Assembly: GCA_016214565.1 (NCBI GenBank)
Contig: JACROE010000002.1
Location: 536,007 to 600,006 of the forward strand
Direction of reading: 5' to 3'
From: Candidatus Kerfeldbacteria bacterium
GTDB lineage: Bacteria; Patescibacteriota; Patescibacteriia; UBA10025; JAHIVO01
DNA length: 64,000 bases
Positions 8,698-19,008 of this stretch are shown here, piece after piece (the stretch's first letter is position 1; the number at the start of each line of letters is the position of its first letter). Position numbers and translations under genes: made by a program. The notes beneath the pieces were generated by a model that searched no databases, was not told where the DNA came from, and was given only the letters and a program-made list of their open reading frames with translations.

Positions 8698-11331
8698 ATG
8701 CGTCAGACATTTCGTGTCATTGTTATTTTTTTGCTGGTCACGGGCTGGTTATTCAGCGGGTGGCCGCCACTGTCTGACTCTTTTCCATCGCAACCTGAGT
8801 CAGCCTGGGCGACGGTATCGAATAATGGACGCTTGTATTATGGTGATGGGACAAACACGGTACTGCGCTTCCAGGAAAACGCTTATGATTTTGATTTCTC
8901 CACTGGCGAAGAATCATACACGCATGGCGCCAGTGCTAGTTTAATTAGATTCATCGTGGCAAAGCCCGCGGTTACTCGTGATGAGGTGATGGTGGGCATC
9001 TTGAAAGCAGACGGCCAATTGACGGTTATAAAAGGTGTCAACGGGTATGACGTCAACACTGATTACTCAACGGCCTGGAGTAATACCGGTACAACGCCGG
9101 CCATGACCTGTGAAGGCACTGAAGCCGATTGTTCTCGCGCTTTTGACATTGCATACGAGCGTTTGTCTGGCCGAGCCATGGTTGTCTACGCTGATAATGT
9201 GAATCAAAAACTGTATTATTGTTATTATGACGGCACCAACTGGGGGCCGGTTTCGAATTGCGCCCCGACGAATGGGACTAATGACATTACCCTCTCATCG
9301 AATGGCCGACCGACCTTTGTCTCGTTGAAACCGAAAGGTGGTTCTAATGAGCTGCTGCTCGGGGTAGGCATCGATGTGGCGGGCACCCATGAAGTGGAGG
9401 CGTACCGTTGGACTGGTTCGACGTGGAGTAACCAAGTAGTAGCAACTGATACGACCAATGCGTCATCAAGCGGAAACGAGCAAGGGGCTGTCTTCGATGT
9501 TGAGTGGGAGAGTAATTCGGGCGACGCTCTGGTCATGTATGCCACTACGGCTACGAGTAATGAGATAAAATATAAATTGTTACCCTCCGGCGGCAGTTGG
9601 GGTACTGAGCAGGGTGGATTTGAGACCCTGACGAATGGAGCGGTCACCGTTTGGGTGAATGCGGAGAGCGATCCACAGTCTGATCGGATTGCGATTGCTA
9701 CTAATGATACATCAAATGATTTCAATGGCGCCGTGTGGAAGGGCAACGGTACGAGTGCTGGGTTTACGGCACTGGTGAGTGATGGCACGCTTGAGGGTGG
9801 TAATGGTTCCACGCCCGGACCCGCCTATACCGATGTGCAATGGGAGCAAACCGGGTCTGAGTTTCTATTTGTTTTGATGGATGCTGGCGCTGGGGACACC
9901 GGTGCCTATGTTCGCTATGCCTGTACTGGCAGTGGTTGTAGTGTGTCGACCGCTCAAACGGCAATCACCACGACCGGTTTAACGGATGATGCTCAAATGA
10001 TTCGTACCGCCGCTTCTCGCAATAGCGACGATATCATGGTATTGCTCACTGATATCGACAATAATTTAATTACCCAACACTGGAATGGCACTGCCTGGGA
10101 AACAGGTGATGCGGGAGTGCTTGAGGCGTCATTGTCACTCTGCTCGGCTGATAATATTGCTACGGGTTGCAGTGCCATGCCCGCTGCCTTTACCTATATT
10201 CCCTATTCACCCTGGTCTCGGAATTGGAAATTTTGGCAGGGGACTGATACGACTGATACGCCGACAAATCAATTAGCAAATGAGAATGTGGCGCCTACTA
10301 GTTTTAGCGGAAAATTTCGGCTTCGATTTTCTGTGGCTGAACTCTCCGGCATGGGACAAGATAACTCAAGAAAAAAATTGCAGTATGCAACGGCTGATCC
10401 TGACGCCACATCCACCACCTGGACAGACGTTGATGATCCGGGCGGAACTGGCGCAGCCTGGCGATACTTCGATTGTAATGGTGGCAGCTCGGTCTGCGAT
10501 GACAATGGAGCACTGGGCGGGACCACTCTTTCCGGCTCGCCGACTGTGGGTTGGTGGACATTAGACAAGGACGCTGTTGGTGGTGCAGCCATGGATCATG
10601 CTGCATTGCAACTTCGTGAACTCGAATTTCCAGTCGAAGCATATAATGTCGCTTCCAGCACCACCTACTATTTCCGCATGTATGATGTCGATCAGGGTCG
10701 GCCGGTGCGGCGTGAGCAGGATAATGATGGTTCAAACGATTGCGCGACTGCCACGTGCACGTATCCGAGTTTAACCACGGCAAGCGGAAGCTTGACGGTT
10801 GATATTGTCGACAGCGGAGGTAGCTCGGTGTCCAGCCCGAGTATGGTGATGAACAATGCGACGTTTTCATTTACCTTCCAAACCGTTACCGGGAGTTTCG
10901 GCATATCGTCGCAGCAGATTCGAGTAACGAACACGACGGGTACGGCTACGTGGACACTCTCCTTGGCTGCCTCGGCCACTACGGCAGTGTGGGACAGCGT
11001 GGGTACTGATTATGATTTTAATGATCCGACGGCCGGTGCGGCTGACGGAGGCGACGCTGATTCGGTTGGCGGTCGTTTGACTATTGACCCGTCTGTTTCC
11101 ACGATTACGCCGCAGGGAGGATGTAGTACAACTGGCTTGACTAAGGGGGCTTCGACTGGCTTTTCTGAAGGAGTGACCAATACCATTACTTTGGTAACAG
11201 CAGGAGCTAGTACCGGCACGGGCTGCTATTGGGACGTCACTGGTATTGGCGTATCGCAGACTATCCCCATGGAGCAACCGATTGCTTCGGATTATGATAT
11301 TAATATGGTGCTGTCCGTAGTGGCGAGCTAG
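8698..11331 (+). CDS. large secreted protein (877 aa) with repeated Trp-containing modules and a C-terminal family B domain
   Basis: Signal peptide MRQTFRVIVIFLLVTGWLFSGW. C-terminal 165 aa homologous to 6571..7272. Confidence 0.7.
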   Translation: MRQTFRVIVIFLLVTGWLFSGWPPLSDSFPSQPESAWATVSNNGRLYYGDGTNTVLRFQENAYDFDFSTGEESYTHGASASLIRFIVAKPAVTRDEVMVGILKADGQLTVIKGVNGYDVNTDYSTAWSNTGTTPAMTCEGTEADCSRAFDIAYERLSGRAMVVYADNVNQKLYYCYYDGTNWGPVSNCAPTNGTNDITLSSNGRPTFVSLKPKGGSNELLLGVGIDVAGTHEVEAYRWTGSTWSNQVVATDTTNASSSGNEQGAVFDVEWESNSGDALVMYATTATSNEIKYKLLPSGGSWGTEQGGFETLTNGAVTVWVNAESDPQSDRIAIATNDTSNDFNGAVWKGNGTSAGFTALVSDGTLEGGNGSTPGPAYTDVQWEQTGSEFLFVLMDAGAGDTGAYVRYACTGSGCSVSTAQTAITTTGLTDDAQMIRTAASRNSDDIMVLLTDIDNNLITQHWNGTAWETGDAGVLEASLSLCSADNIATGCSAMPAAFTYIPYSPWSRNWKFWQGTDTTDTPTNQLANENVAPTSFSGKFRLRFSVAELSGMGQDNSRKKLQYATADPDATSTTWTDVDDPGGTGAAWRYFDCNGGSSVCDDNGALGGTTLSGSPTVGWWTLDKDAVGGAAMDHAALQLRELEFPVEAYNVASSTTYYFRMYDVDQGRPVRREQDNDGSNDCATATCTYPSLTTASGSLTVDIVDSGGSSVSSPSMVMNNATFSFTFQTVTGSFGISSQQIRVTNTTGTATWTLSLAASATTAVWDSVGTDYDFNDPTAGAADGGDADSVGGRLTIDPSVSTITPQGGCSTTGLTKGASTGFSEGVTNTITLVTAGASTGTGCYWDVTGIGVSQTIPMEQPIASDYDINMVLSVVAS

Positions 11332-11348
11332 GCAGCCGGGTAGTCGCT

Positions 11349-11357
11349 TGGTATACT
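11349..11357 (+). promoter_or_regulatory. extended -10 TGGTATACT, 9 nt upstream of the ATG at 11367 (leaderless-type)
   Basis: cgctTGgTATACTcaaaaatatATG. Confidence 0.4.
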
Positions 11358-11366
11358 CAAAAATAT

Positions 11367-12548
11367 ATGAAACGAAGCGAACAGCAGAAAACAGCGCATC
11401 GGATTCTCACTATACGGCAGCTGATGGTCGTGACTGTTGTGACGCTTGTATTGGTAACTTCGTTTGTTTTTTCTGTGACGTTGTTTGCTGATTCAGAGCA
11501 AACCGTCACCCTCACCCAGGTCATTGATCCGCACTTACAATTTCAAACTGTGAGTGATCTATCAGTATCGGTTGAGGACAGCACTGTTCCGGATACCCGC
11601 TACATTATTGCGGCACCAGCGTCGAGCGCCGTGCCACCATCGAATGCAGATATCCCTACGACCGGACCAGTAGTTAATTTTCAGGGCACTGTGGCATTCC
11701 CTGACGCACCGGTGATTATTGAGTTATCATCGCTGAAAATTCGCGGGCAAACCGTCAGTGATCATTTTGGTAATTGGAGCTGGTCGAATTATGGCGCACC
11801 GCTCGATGTAGGGGAGCATCATATTCGCGTGCATACGCTGGTCACCACTGATGACGCTACGACTGTATATGTAGAGCAATATACATTTCTCGTAACTGCC
11901 ATGAGTATTGATACAGCAGCCGCACTACTTGATCTGAATGAGGTATTGAGTACTGGGGAGGCGGCTGCGATAGCCGATAGTACGGTCAATTTTTCTGAGT
12001 CGGTTGATGAGGCAATGATATTATTTGATGCAGAACTCATTAATCCGCCATTGCGCTATCAGCCCGAGCAAGAATTGCTGCTTGGCATGACCGTGTCTCC
12101 GGTGCAGTTAAGCCGGGCGCTGCCCATGGAACTGACCTATAGTATCCATGACGCTGCCCAGTCAGCTGATGCAGAACCCCTGTACCGTAATACCGAGGAA
12201 ACCACGCTGCAGGTGTCGGGACAATATTTAGAAAAATCGTTTTGGCTGGGTGAAAATGTAACACCTGGGCGATATGTCCTTTCTATTCAGGCACGCATTG
12301 GGAACGTTATTTATTTGGTCAATAAGCCATTCACCATCGAGCCAAAATTTCTTGCTACCGTGGGCGGTGAACAAGTACCGATTGGTGAAGCAAACCGGAT
12401 TGTCATGCTGAACATGATTATTGTACTTTTATTAGTGTCACTTATTCTCGCCTTAATTGCCAACGAATATCGACGATTTTTTATTCATCAACCTATTGAT
12501 GAATCGTTGCTAGCCAGCCGTGGGTATTTTCGGTATACTCAGAAGTAA
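11367..12548 (+). CDS. membrane-anchored surface protein (N-terminal and C-terminal TM helices), hypothetical
   Basis: N-terminal TM LMVVTVVTLVLVTSFVFSVTLFA. C-terminal TM IVMLNMIIVLLLVSLILALIA followed by NEYRRFF. Confidence 0.6.
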   Translation: MKRSEQQKTAHRILTIRQLMVVTVVTLVLVTSFVFSVTLFADSEQTVTLTQVIDPHLQFQTVSDLSVSVEDSTVPDTRYIIAAPASSAVPPSNADIPTTGPVVNFQGTVAFPDAPVIIELSSLKIRGQTVSDHFGNWSWSNYGAPLDVGEHHIRVHTLVTTDDATTVYVEQYTFLVTAMSIDTAAALLDLNEVLSTGEAAAIADSTVNFSESVDEAMILFDAELINPPLRYQPEQELLLGMTVSPVQLSRALPMELTYSIHDAAQSADAEPLYRNTEETTLQVSGQYLEKSFWLGENVTPGRYVLSIQARIGNVIYLVNKPFTIEPKFLATVGGEQVPIGEANRIVMLNMIIVLLLVSLILALIANEYRRFFIHQPIDESLLASRGYFRYTQK

Positions 12549-12552
12549 TATT

Positions 12553-12852
12553 ATGCCTCTCTTAAGTATCACGATTGATGTTTTGAATCTCGTATTAGCC
12601 ATCGCTGCTACGCTGACGATGTTGATGGTTGTTTTCCGTACCAGCAAACGCCTTGATTTGGCTTTCAAATTCTTCGCGGCAACCGCCATCTCTCTGTTAA
12701 TAGCTGGATTATTACGAATTGATCATTACATCGGTATTTTACCCACTGGACTGATTGATTTGGTATTGCCTATTTCGAGAACGGTTGCGCTTACCTTTTT
12801 TATCTTAGGAAGTATAATCATTCTGCTCATCATCGACAAAGAGTCTCGCTAG
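12553..12852 (+). CDS. small integral membrane protein (3 TM), hypothetical
   Basis: Hydrophobic ORF. Start chosen at the internal Met (MPLLSITID) to avoid overlap with the upstream gene. The start is uncertain. Confidence 0.4.
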   Translation: MPLLSITIDVLNLVLAIAATLTMLMVVFRTSKRLDLAFKFFAATAISLLIAGLLRIDHYIGILPTGLIDLVLPISRTVALTFFILGSIIILLIIDKESR

Positions 12853-12907
12853 ATCAGAGCGTTGGGAGGGTGTGTTTGGGGCCCCTGCGTCAGAGTCTGA
12901 CGGAGGG

Positions 12908-14893
12908 TTATTTATAGTGCTGTTTTTTCTGCGTCGGCTTCTTGAGGAGCTGAACGGCATCCCGTAACTGAGCGGCTTTTTCAAAATCTAAATTTTGCGC
13001 TGCTAATTCCATTTGGGATTCTAAATCGGCGATAATGTGCGGGATTTCTTCTGCGGGGATGTCCTTGAATGACGGATGTTCAGCTTCGGCCTCTTTTCTT
13101 TTGGCGCCAGCTAAACGCGTTTCTTTGATTGCTTTGATAATTGTCTGCGGAGTAATACCGTGTTTTTTGTTATACGCTGCCTGGATGGTGCGCCGGCGGA
13201 TGGTTTCGTCGATGGCGCGTTTCATTGATTTAGTAATGTTGTCAGCGTACATAATGATATGCCCCTGCACGTGTCGGGCGGCACGACCCATAGTTTGAAT
13301 CAGGGCGGTGTCTGACCGTAGGTAGCCTTCTTTGTCAGCATCAAGAATAGCAATTAATGAAACCTCTGGCAGATCGAGGCCTTCACGTAATAAATTGATG
13401 CCAATCAAAACGTCGTATTTTCCTGTACGCAAATCACGCAATATTTCGAGGCGCTCCATCGTGTCTACCTCGGAATGGAGATATTGAACTTTGATATCCA
13501 GGTCAGCGAGGTATTCCGTAAGGTCTTCCGACATTCGTTTCGTCAGTGTTGTTACTAGCACCCGCTGCTTTTTTTCCACGCGGGTTTTGATTTCATCCAA
13601 TAGGTTATCAATTTGGTTTTTGGTTGGCCGTACTTCGACGGTTGGGTCGAGTAATCCGGTTGGCCGAATAAGCTGCTCGACGACTTGCCCTGACATTTCT
13701 ATTTCATATTCACTGGGCGTTGCCGAGACGTAGATGACGCGATTTAATTTTTTGGCAAATTCTTCATATTTTAATGGCCGATTATCCATGGCCGCCGGCA
13801 GACGGAAGCCATAGTTCACCAGCGTTTCTTTCCGTGAGCGATCTCCGAAATACATGCCCCGCACCTGGGGAATACTCATGTGGGATTCATCGATGAAGAG
13901 TAGGAAATCTTTGGGGAAGAAATCAATTAGGGTCGAGGGCGGTTCCCCGGCGGTGCGTAGGTCGAAATAACGTGAATAGTTTTCGATGCCATTGCAATAG
14001 CCGACTTCTTTAATCATTTCAATGTCATAGCGAACTCGCTCTTCGAGGCGTTGCGCTTCGATATATTTGTGGTTCTTTTTGAAGAGTGCCACTTGCCGCT
14101 CCATATCGAGCTGGATTTCCTTCAGTGATTGTTTGACCACTTCATCGGGAGCCAGGTAGTGTCGCGCCGGGTAGATGTCTACCCGTTCATGCGTTTGAAC
14201 GACTGATTGGGTCAGTGAATCAATCTCTTCGATTTTTTCAATTTCATCTCCCCAGAAACGGATGCGGTAAAAATTATTGGCCGAATCAGACGGAAACACC
14301 TCAAGTATTTCCCCGGTCACTCGGAATCGATTGCGCCAAAGATCGGTTTGGTTGCGTTCGTATTGGATGTTGACCAAGGCATGGAGAATAAGGTCGCGTT
14401 TTGTTGTATCCCCACGCTGGAGGTGGATGACATCCCGCTTGTATTCCGTCGGTGAGCCGAGGCCGTAAATGCACGAAACAGAGGCCACAATAATCACATC
14501 ATTTCGGGAAAGTAGGGCGGCCGTTGACGCATGGCGCAAACGATCAATCTCTTCGTTCATCTGCGTTTCTTTCTCGATATATGTATCGCTTCGTGGAATG
14601 TAGGCTTCGGGTTGGTAGTAGTCGTAATATGAAACGAAGTAGTGAACGGAATTTTTTGGAAAAAAATCTTCAAATTCTGAGGCAAGCTGGGCGGCCAATG
14701 TTTTGTTGTGCGATAGAATCAGAGTTGGTTTCTGCACCTGCTGAATAATATTAGCCATGGTAAAGGTTTTCCCTGAGCCCGTGACGCCCAAGAGGGTTTG
14801 GTGTTTGTGTCGCGCTAAACCTGCCACCAGCTTTTTGATAGCCGTCGGTTGGTCGCCAGTTGGTTTGAATGGGGAAGTCAGTTCAAATTTCAT
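12908..14893 (-). CDS. uvrB: excinuclease ABC subunit B
   Basis: N-terminus [26 protein letters not shown], Walker [11 protein letters not shown], helicase motifs, and the C-terminal UVR domain ([20 protein letters not shown]). Confidence 0.95.
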   Translation of the reverse strand: MKFELTSPFKPTGDQPTAIKKLVAGLARHKHQTLLGVTGSGKTFTMANIIQQVQKPTLILSHNKTLAAQLASEFEDFFPKNSVHYFVSYYDYYQPEAYIPRSDTYIEKETQMNEEIDRLRHASTAALLSRNDVIIVASVSCIYGLGSPTEYKRDVIHLQRGDTTKRDLILHALVNIQYERNQTDLWRNRFRVTGEILEVFPSDSANNFYRIRFWGDEIEKIEEIDSLTQSVVQTHERVDIYPARHYLAPDEVVKQSLKEIQLDMERQVALFKKNHKYIEAQRLEERVRYDIEMIKEVGYCNGIENYSRYFDLRTAGEPPSTLIDFFPKDFLLFIDESHMSIPQVRGMYFGDRSRKETLVNYGFRLPAAMDNRPLKYEEFAKKLNRVIYVSATPSEYEIEMSGQVVEQLIRPTGLLDPTVEVRPTKNQIDNLLDEIKTRVEKKQRVLVTTLTKRMSEDLTEYLADLDIKVQYLHSEVDTMERLEILRDLRTGKYDVLIGINLLREGLDLPEVSLIAILDADKEGYLRSDTALIQTMGRAARHVQGHIIMYADNITKSMKRAIDETIRRRTIQAAYNKKHGITPQTIIKAIKETRLAGAKRKEAEAEHPSFKDIPAEEIPHIIADLESQMELAAQNLDFEKAAQLRDAVQLLKKPTQKKQHYK

Positions 14894-16374
14894 GATCCGC
14901 GCTTGGCCGTCGTGGTTAGCTCGGCCAATCGTCGGGACAGTATAGCAGACAATGCCTCTTTTGAAAACCGCCAGCGCCAGTTACCTCGTTTGGTGCCGGG
15001 CTTATTGAGGCGTGCTTCAGCTCCAAGATTGAGCAGGTCTGGTAAGGGGGTAAGGCACAGGTGCGCTCGTGAATGCATGCCATATTCAATTAATTTCCAG
15101 GCAAACGTTTCCGGTGACGCCACGAGTTCTCGAAGCGCGGCGCTGCGTTCATTATCTTTCGCTTCGGTTGTTATCCAACCGCGGCTGGTCGTATTATCAT
15201 GCGTGCCCGTGTAGACCACGATATTGTCAGTGAAGAATTCTGGCCGGTGAAAGTTATTAGGGAAACCATTGAAGGCGAATTGGAGCACGCGCATTGAAGG
15301 AAAATGGTAGCGTTCGCGCAAGACGGTGACTGACTCTGAAATCATGCCGAGGTCTTCGGCAATAATGGAGAGTTGGGGGTATGCTTTGGTCACGATTGCA
15401 AAGAGCGCGTCGCCAGGCACGGGTTGCCAGGATCCATGGCGAGCGGTGCGTGCGCCGTAGGGGATGTGCCAGACAGCGTCGAATCCGCGGAAGTGATCGA
15501 GTCGAATCATATCATAGAGATAGGTAGCGCGACGAAAACGTTCGAGCCACCAGCGGAAATTGTCTCGCTGCATGACTTTCCAATTGTAGTGAGGGTTGTT
15601 CCATATTTGTCCTCGGCGGCTGAAGTAGTCCGGTGGGACTCCGGAAACGGCCTGAGGGCGCTGTCGGCTATCCAGCAAGAATTGATCTTGGTGTGACCAG
15701 ACGTCGACGCTGTCCGTGGTGACAAAGAACGGGATGTCGCCATAGATAGAAATATTTTTTGCTTGAGCGTAGGATTTTAGTTTCCGCCACTGACGGTCGG
15801 CCACCCATTGCTCAAATTGGTAATAGCGGATTTGATTTAGGTGATGTTCCTGCCACTGTTGCATGGTGGCGGTATCCCTGAGTGCTATTTTTTTTGGCCA
15901 ACGGGGCCACGGTTTCCCCCCGTGCGATTCTTTGACTGCCATGAAGAGCGCGTAGGTATCAAGCCACCATTGTTCAATGGTGATGAAATGGTGAAAATCT
16001 TTGATGAGTGCCTCATCGCGGTTTGTTTGGAAATACGTATACGCTTGGCGCAATAATTTCCATTTGACACTATAGGCATGACGGAAGCTAATGGGCTCAA
16101 CAGGTTTGGGGGCGGGCACGTCAGCTTCGTTCAGGAAACCATCTCGGACTAATTCTTGAGGACTGACTAATAGCCAGTTCAGGGCGTGAGCCGAGACCGA
16201 AGCATAGGGCGAGCCGGTTTCATCGGGAATGGTCAGAGGGAGCACCCCCCAGATCCGCTGTTTACTCATATACAAAAAATCAACAAAAGCATACGCTTCT
16301 GGGCCGAAATCGCCGATGCCATAGGGGCTGGGCAGTGAGCTAGGGTGGAGAAATATCCCTGATGATCGAGACAT
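14890..16374 (-). CDS. malQ: 4-alpha-glucanotransferase (amylomaltase, GH77)
   Basis: [34 protein letters not shown] is a typical MalQ N-terminus. Start set at the internal Met, which sits 6 nt downstream of a TGGTACAAT -10 (leaderless-type). Confidence 0.85.
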   Translation of the reverse strand: MSRSSGIFLHPSSLPSPYGIGDFGPEAYAFVDFLYMSKQRIWGVLPLTIPDETGSPYASVSAHALNWLLVSPQELVRDGFLNEADVPAPKPVEPISFRHAYSVKWKLLRQAYTYFQTNRDEALIKDFHHFITIEQWWLDTYALFMAVKESHGGKPWPRWPKKIALRDTATMQQWQEHHLNQIRYYQFEQWVADRQWRKLKSYAQAKNISIYGDIPFFVTTDSVDVWSHQDQFLLDSRQRPQAVSGVPPDYFSRRGQIWNNPHYNWKVMQRDNFRWWLERFRRATYLYDMIRLDHFRGFDAVWHIPYGARTARHGSWQPVPGDALFAIVTKAYPQLSIIAEDLGMISESVTVLRERYHFPSMRVLQFAFNGFPNNFHRPEFFTDNIVVYTGTHDNTTSRGWITTEAKDNERSAALRELVASPETFAWKLIEYGMHSRAHLCLTPLPDLLNLGAEARLNKPGTKRGNWRWRFSKEALSAILSRRLAELTTTAKRGS

Positions 16375-16380
16375 ATATCT

Positions 16381-16389
16381 ATTGTACCA
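16381..16389 (-). promoter_or_regulatory. extended -10 TGGTACAAT immediately upstream of the malQ start
   Basis: Reverse complement: catggTACAATagatatATGtct. Confidence 0.4.
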
Positions 16390-16455
16390 TGAGCGGGTCC
16401 GGCTGGGTTGGAGAGTGTCCATTCTGCACTGATTTTGCTATAGTATAGGGACATT

Positions 16456-17028
16456 ATGATTGCATTACTCACCGGAACAGTCCGCGAAAAAACAGCTAAA
16501 ACACTCACCCTCGTGGCTGGCGCCGTTGGCTATGAGATATACTGTTTAGCTGTTCTTTTGGAGAAGACACGTATTGGCGATGAGATGACATTGTACACGC
16601 ATCAGTACGTGCGCGAGGACGCTTTGGAATTATATGGTTTTGCGACAAGTGCCGAGCGCAGTTTTTTTCGTTTATTGATAAGCGTGACGGGGGTAGGCCC
16701 TAAATCCGCCCTGACCGTTATGTCGTTAACGACGCTTGATGAATTGGAGGCAGCTATCATTCAGGGCGATGCTGCATTACTGACGAAAGTTTCCGGTATC
16801 GGGACGAAAACAGCGTCGCGCATCATTGTTGATCTGAAAGGAAAGATTGCTAGCGGCAGTGACGCGGGCAGTCGATCGAGCGTAGATGGCGACGCGATTG
16901 ACGCACTCGTGGGCTTGGGATATTCCGTGCGTGAAGCACGCGAAGTGCTCAAGCATGTCGCGGATCCAAAGCTATCGAGCGGACAAAAAGTTCAAGCCGC
17001 TCTCAAATTATTAGGCACGAAGCAGTAA
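16456..17028 (+). CDS. ruvA: Holliday junction DNA helicase subunit RuvA
   Basis: MIALLTGTVREKTAKTLTLVAGAVGYEIYC, and a C-terminal domain III after a flexible linker. Confidence 0.9.
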   Translation: MIALLTGTVREKTAKTLTLVAGAVGYEIYCLAVLLEKTRIGDEMTLYTHQYVREDALELYGFATSAERSFFRLLISVTGVGPKSALTVMSLTTLDELEAAIIQGDAALLTKVSGIGTKTASRIIVDLKGKIASGSDAGSRSSVDGDAIDALVGLGYSVREAREVLKHVADPKLSSGQKVQAALKLLGTKQ

Positions 17029-18059
17029 TGGACGTACGCCGCTGCACTGATCAAAAAATATTTGATGCCTGGGTGCGAGCACAGCCCCAGACGCAGTTTA
17101 CGCAATCATGGGATTGGGGTGTATTTCAAGAAAAGACAGGACGGTCAGCGCGTCGCTATGGCGTTTTTGATGGCGGGACTATTCGAGCCGTGGCTCAAGT
17201 CATCATTCATCAGCTGCCTGGGCGCTGGCAGTATTGGTATATACCGCGAGGGCCGGTGGTACGGCACGATCTCAATGATGATGAGGTAGCGCACACCATG
17301 CGAGCATTGCTTGAACATATTATTGATGAAGCTGGTGACGTCGGTGCGCTTTCACTTATTATTGAACCAGCCTGGCGGCGGGAACGCTTGTCATTGCTGC
17401 AATCAATGATGAGCGCTTGGCCGGGCGAGTCAGCTCGTTTTCGCCAGCCTCAGGATACGCAGTTATTAGATCTGGGTGGCACTGAGGAGCAGTTGTTGGA
17501 ACAGATGCACCAGAAGACGCGGTACAATATTCGTTTGGCAGAAAAGCGCGGAGTCACAGTGCGCGTTTCGAGCGCGGTTGCCGATGTTGATCGTTTTTGG
17601 GACATAAATACTGAGACCACTCAGCGCGATCAGTTTCGCTCACATGCAAAGGAATATTACCAGCAGATGATGGAAACGCTTGGGCCGTCAGGCATGGCGC
17701 GAGTATTTATTGCAGAATATGAAGGCATGGCTCTTGCGGCAAATATTGTGTTGCATGCCGGCGATATGGCGACCTATGTTCATGGTGCATCATCGGATCG
17801 GGAGCGATCGGTCATGGCTCCGTATCTGTTGCAGTGGCAGCAAATTTTGGATGCGAAAACGGCGGGATTGAAATGGTATGATTTTGGCGGAGTCGGATCG
17901 GCAGAGGCGGGGACGCAGGATCGCTGGGCGGGCATTACTCGATTTAAACAGGGTTTTGGTGGAACCCCAATGAACTATATAGGAGCCCACACCTTGATTC
18001 TCCGGCCGGGGTGGTATAGAGTGTATAAATTAATTCGTCAACTACGGTCAGTCATATGA
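17028..18059 (+). CDS. FemAB-family peptidoglycan interpeptide-bridge aminoacyltransferase (FemX-like)
   Basis: 343 aa. WDWGVFQEKTGRSARRYGVFDGGTIRAVAQVIIHQLP...WYIPRGPV pattern and overall two-lobed GNAT-like length typical of PF02388. Start overlaps the ruvA stop. Confidence 0.65.
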   Translation: MDVRRCTDQKIFDAWVRAQPQTQFTQSWDWGVFQEKTGRSARRYGVFDGGTIRAVAQVIIHQLPGRWQYWYIPRGPVVRHDLNDDEVAHTMRALLEHIIDEAGDVGALSLIIEPAWRRERLSLLQSMMSAWPGESARFRQPQDTQLLDLGGTEEQLLEQMHQKTRYNIRLAEKRGVTVRVSSAVADVDRFWDINTETTQRDQFRSHAKEYYQQMMETLGPSGMARVFIAEYEGMALAANIVLHAGDMATYVHGASSDRERSVMAPYLLQWQQILDAKTAGLKWYDFGGVGSAEAGTQDRWAGITRFKQGFGGTPMNYIGAHTLILRPGWYRVYKLIRQLRSVI

Positions 18060-18772
18060 TCACTAAAGTTGTGATATCGGCAGCCGGTCGCGGCACCCGG
18101 ATGAAGCATCTCTCACAGCGTCGCCCCAAACACTTAATTGAAGTCGGTGGGAAGCCTTTTTTAAATTATGTACTTGAGAATGTCCGTGCCGCTGGCCTCA
18201 CTGATATTACTATCGTGAGCGGGTATTTCTCTGATCAAATTGAGTCATTTTTGAAAACAGTGCCATACCCGGTTCGAGTCATGAATCAGTTTGAGCTATT
18301 GGGGACCGAAGAATACGGCACCGCCTGTCCGATTAAAGTTGTTCGAGATGTCATTGGCACTGATCAATTTATAGCTTTGGCGGGTGACAATTATTATGAG
18401 GTTTCTGACATCACTAAGATGATTCACGAAGACGAATTTACGTATGTGGGCGCCAAGACAACTGACCATCCTGAAACAAAAGGGGTGCTCGTAACAGATG
18501 CGGATGGGATTCTCGAAAGTATTGTAGAAAAGCCAGCTACCTTTATGGGAAATTTGGTGAATGGCAGTGCGTATAAATTTACGCATGATATTTTCGATGT
18601 GATTGATGATGTGCCGCTTTCCTCGCGTGGCGAGTATGAGATCACCGATGCGATCACTGCATTGGCCGCATTACGGAAAGTAAAAGTAGTGAAGATTGAC
18701 GGGTATTGGATTGACTTTGGTAATCCAGATGATATTCATCAGTTTGAGCAGTATCTCAGTACGCGCCAGTAG
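18056..18772 (+). CDS. sugar-phosphate nucleotidyltransferase (NTP_transferase family)
   Basis: N-terminal motif VVISAAGRGTRMKHLSQRRPKHLIEVGGKPFLNYVLENV (GxGTRx8PK). 4-nt overlap with the upstream gene. Confidence 0.75.
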   Translation: MITKVVISAAGRGTRMKHLSQRRPKHLIEVGGKPFLNYVLENVRAAGLTDITIVSGYFSDQIESFLKTVPYPVRVMNQFELLGTEEYGTACPIKVVRDVIGTDQFIALAGDNYYEVSDITKMIHEDEFTYVGAKTTDHPETKGVLVTDADGILESIVEKPATFMGNLVNGSAYKFTHDIFDVIDDVPLSSRGEYEITDAITALAALRKVKVVKIDGYWIDFGNPDDIHQFEQYLSTRQ

Positions 18773-18806
18773 CTCGCTATGCCCTCATCGTTGATAGCAA
18801 TGACAT

Positions 18807-18878
18807 GCCTCCGTCGTTCAGTGGATAGGACGCAAGATTCCGGATCTTGTAACAGAGGTTCGACTCCTCTCGGGGGCA
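18807..18878 (+). tRNA. tRNA-Arg (anticodon CCG), no encoded CCA
   Basis: Manual fold: acceptor GCCTCCG/CGGGGGC, D-stem GTTC/GGAC, anticodon stem CAAGA/TCTTG with loop TTCCGGA, T-arm AGAGG-TTCGACT-CCTCT, discriminator A. Confidence 0.85.
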
Positions 18879-18920
18879 AATGATTTTTATAGCTAGGCGT
18901 ATGAAAGTAAAAGTGAAATA

Positions 18921-18970
18921 GTAGGACGTCCGCCTTCGGCGGATAATGTAGGTTCGATTCCTACTGAGGT
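18921..18970 (+). other. tRNA-like fragment: GC hairpin (GTCCGCC-TTC-GGCGGAT) plus canonical T-arm (GTAGG-TTCGATT-CCTAC), without a foldable acceptor or D-arm
   Basis: GGTTCGATTCC T-loop consensus, 43 nt downstream of tRNA-Arg. I could not build a complete cloverleaf on either strand. Confidence 0.3.
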
Positions 18971-19008
18971 CAAAAGCCATTTTCAACGAATATTGCTATA
19001 ATGCATCT

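Noticed and set aside
18921-18970. A second complete tRNA gene
   Set aside because: The T-arm is canonical, but no 7-bp acceptor stem or D-arm can be formed on either strand. The anticodon-arm candidate has a 3- or 5-nt loop. It is kept only as a tRNA-like fragment.
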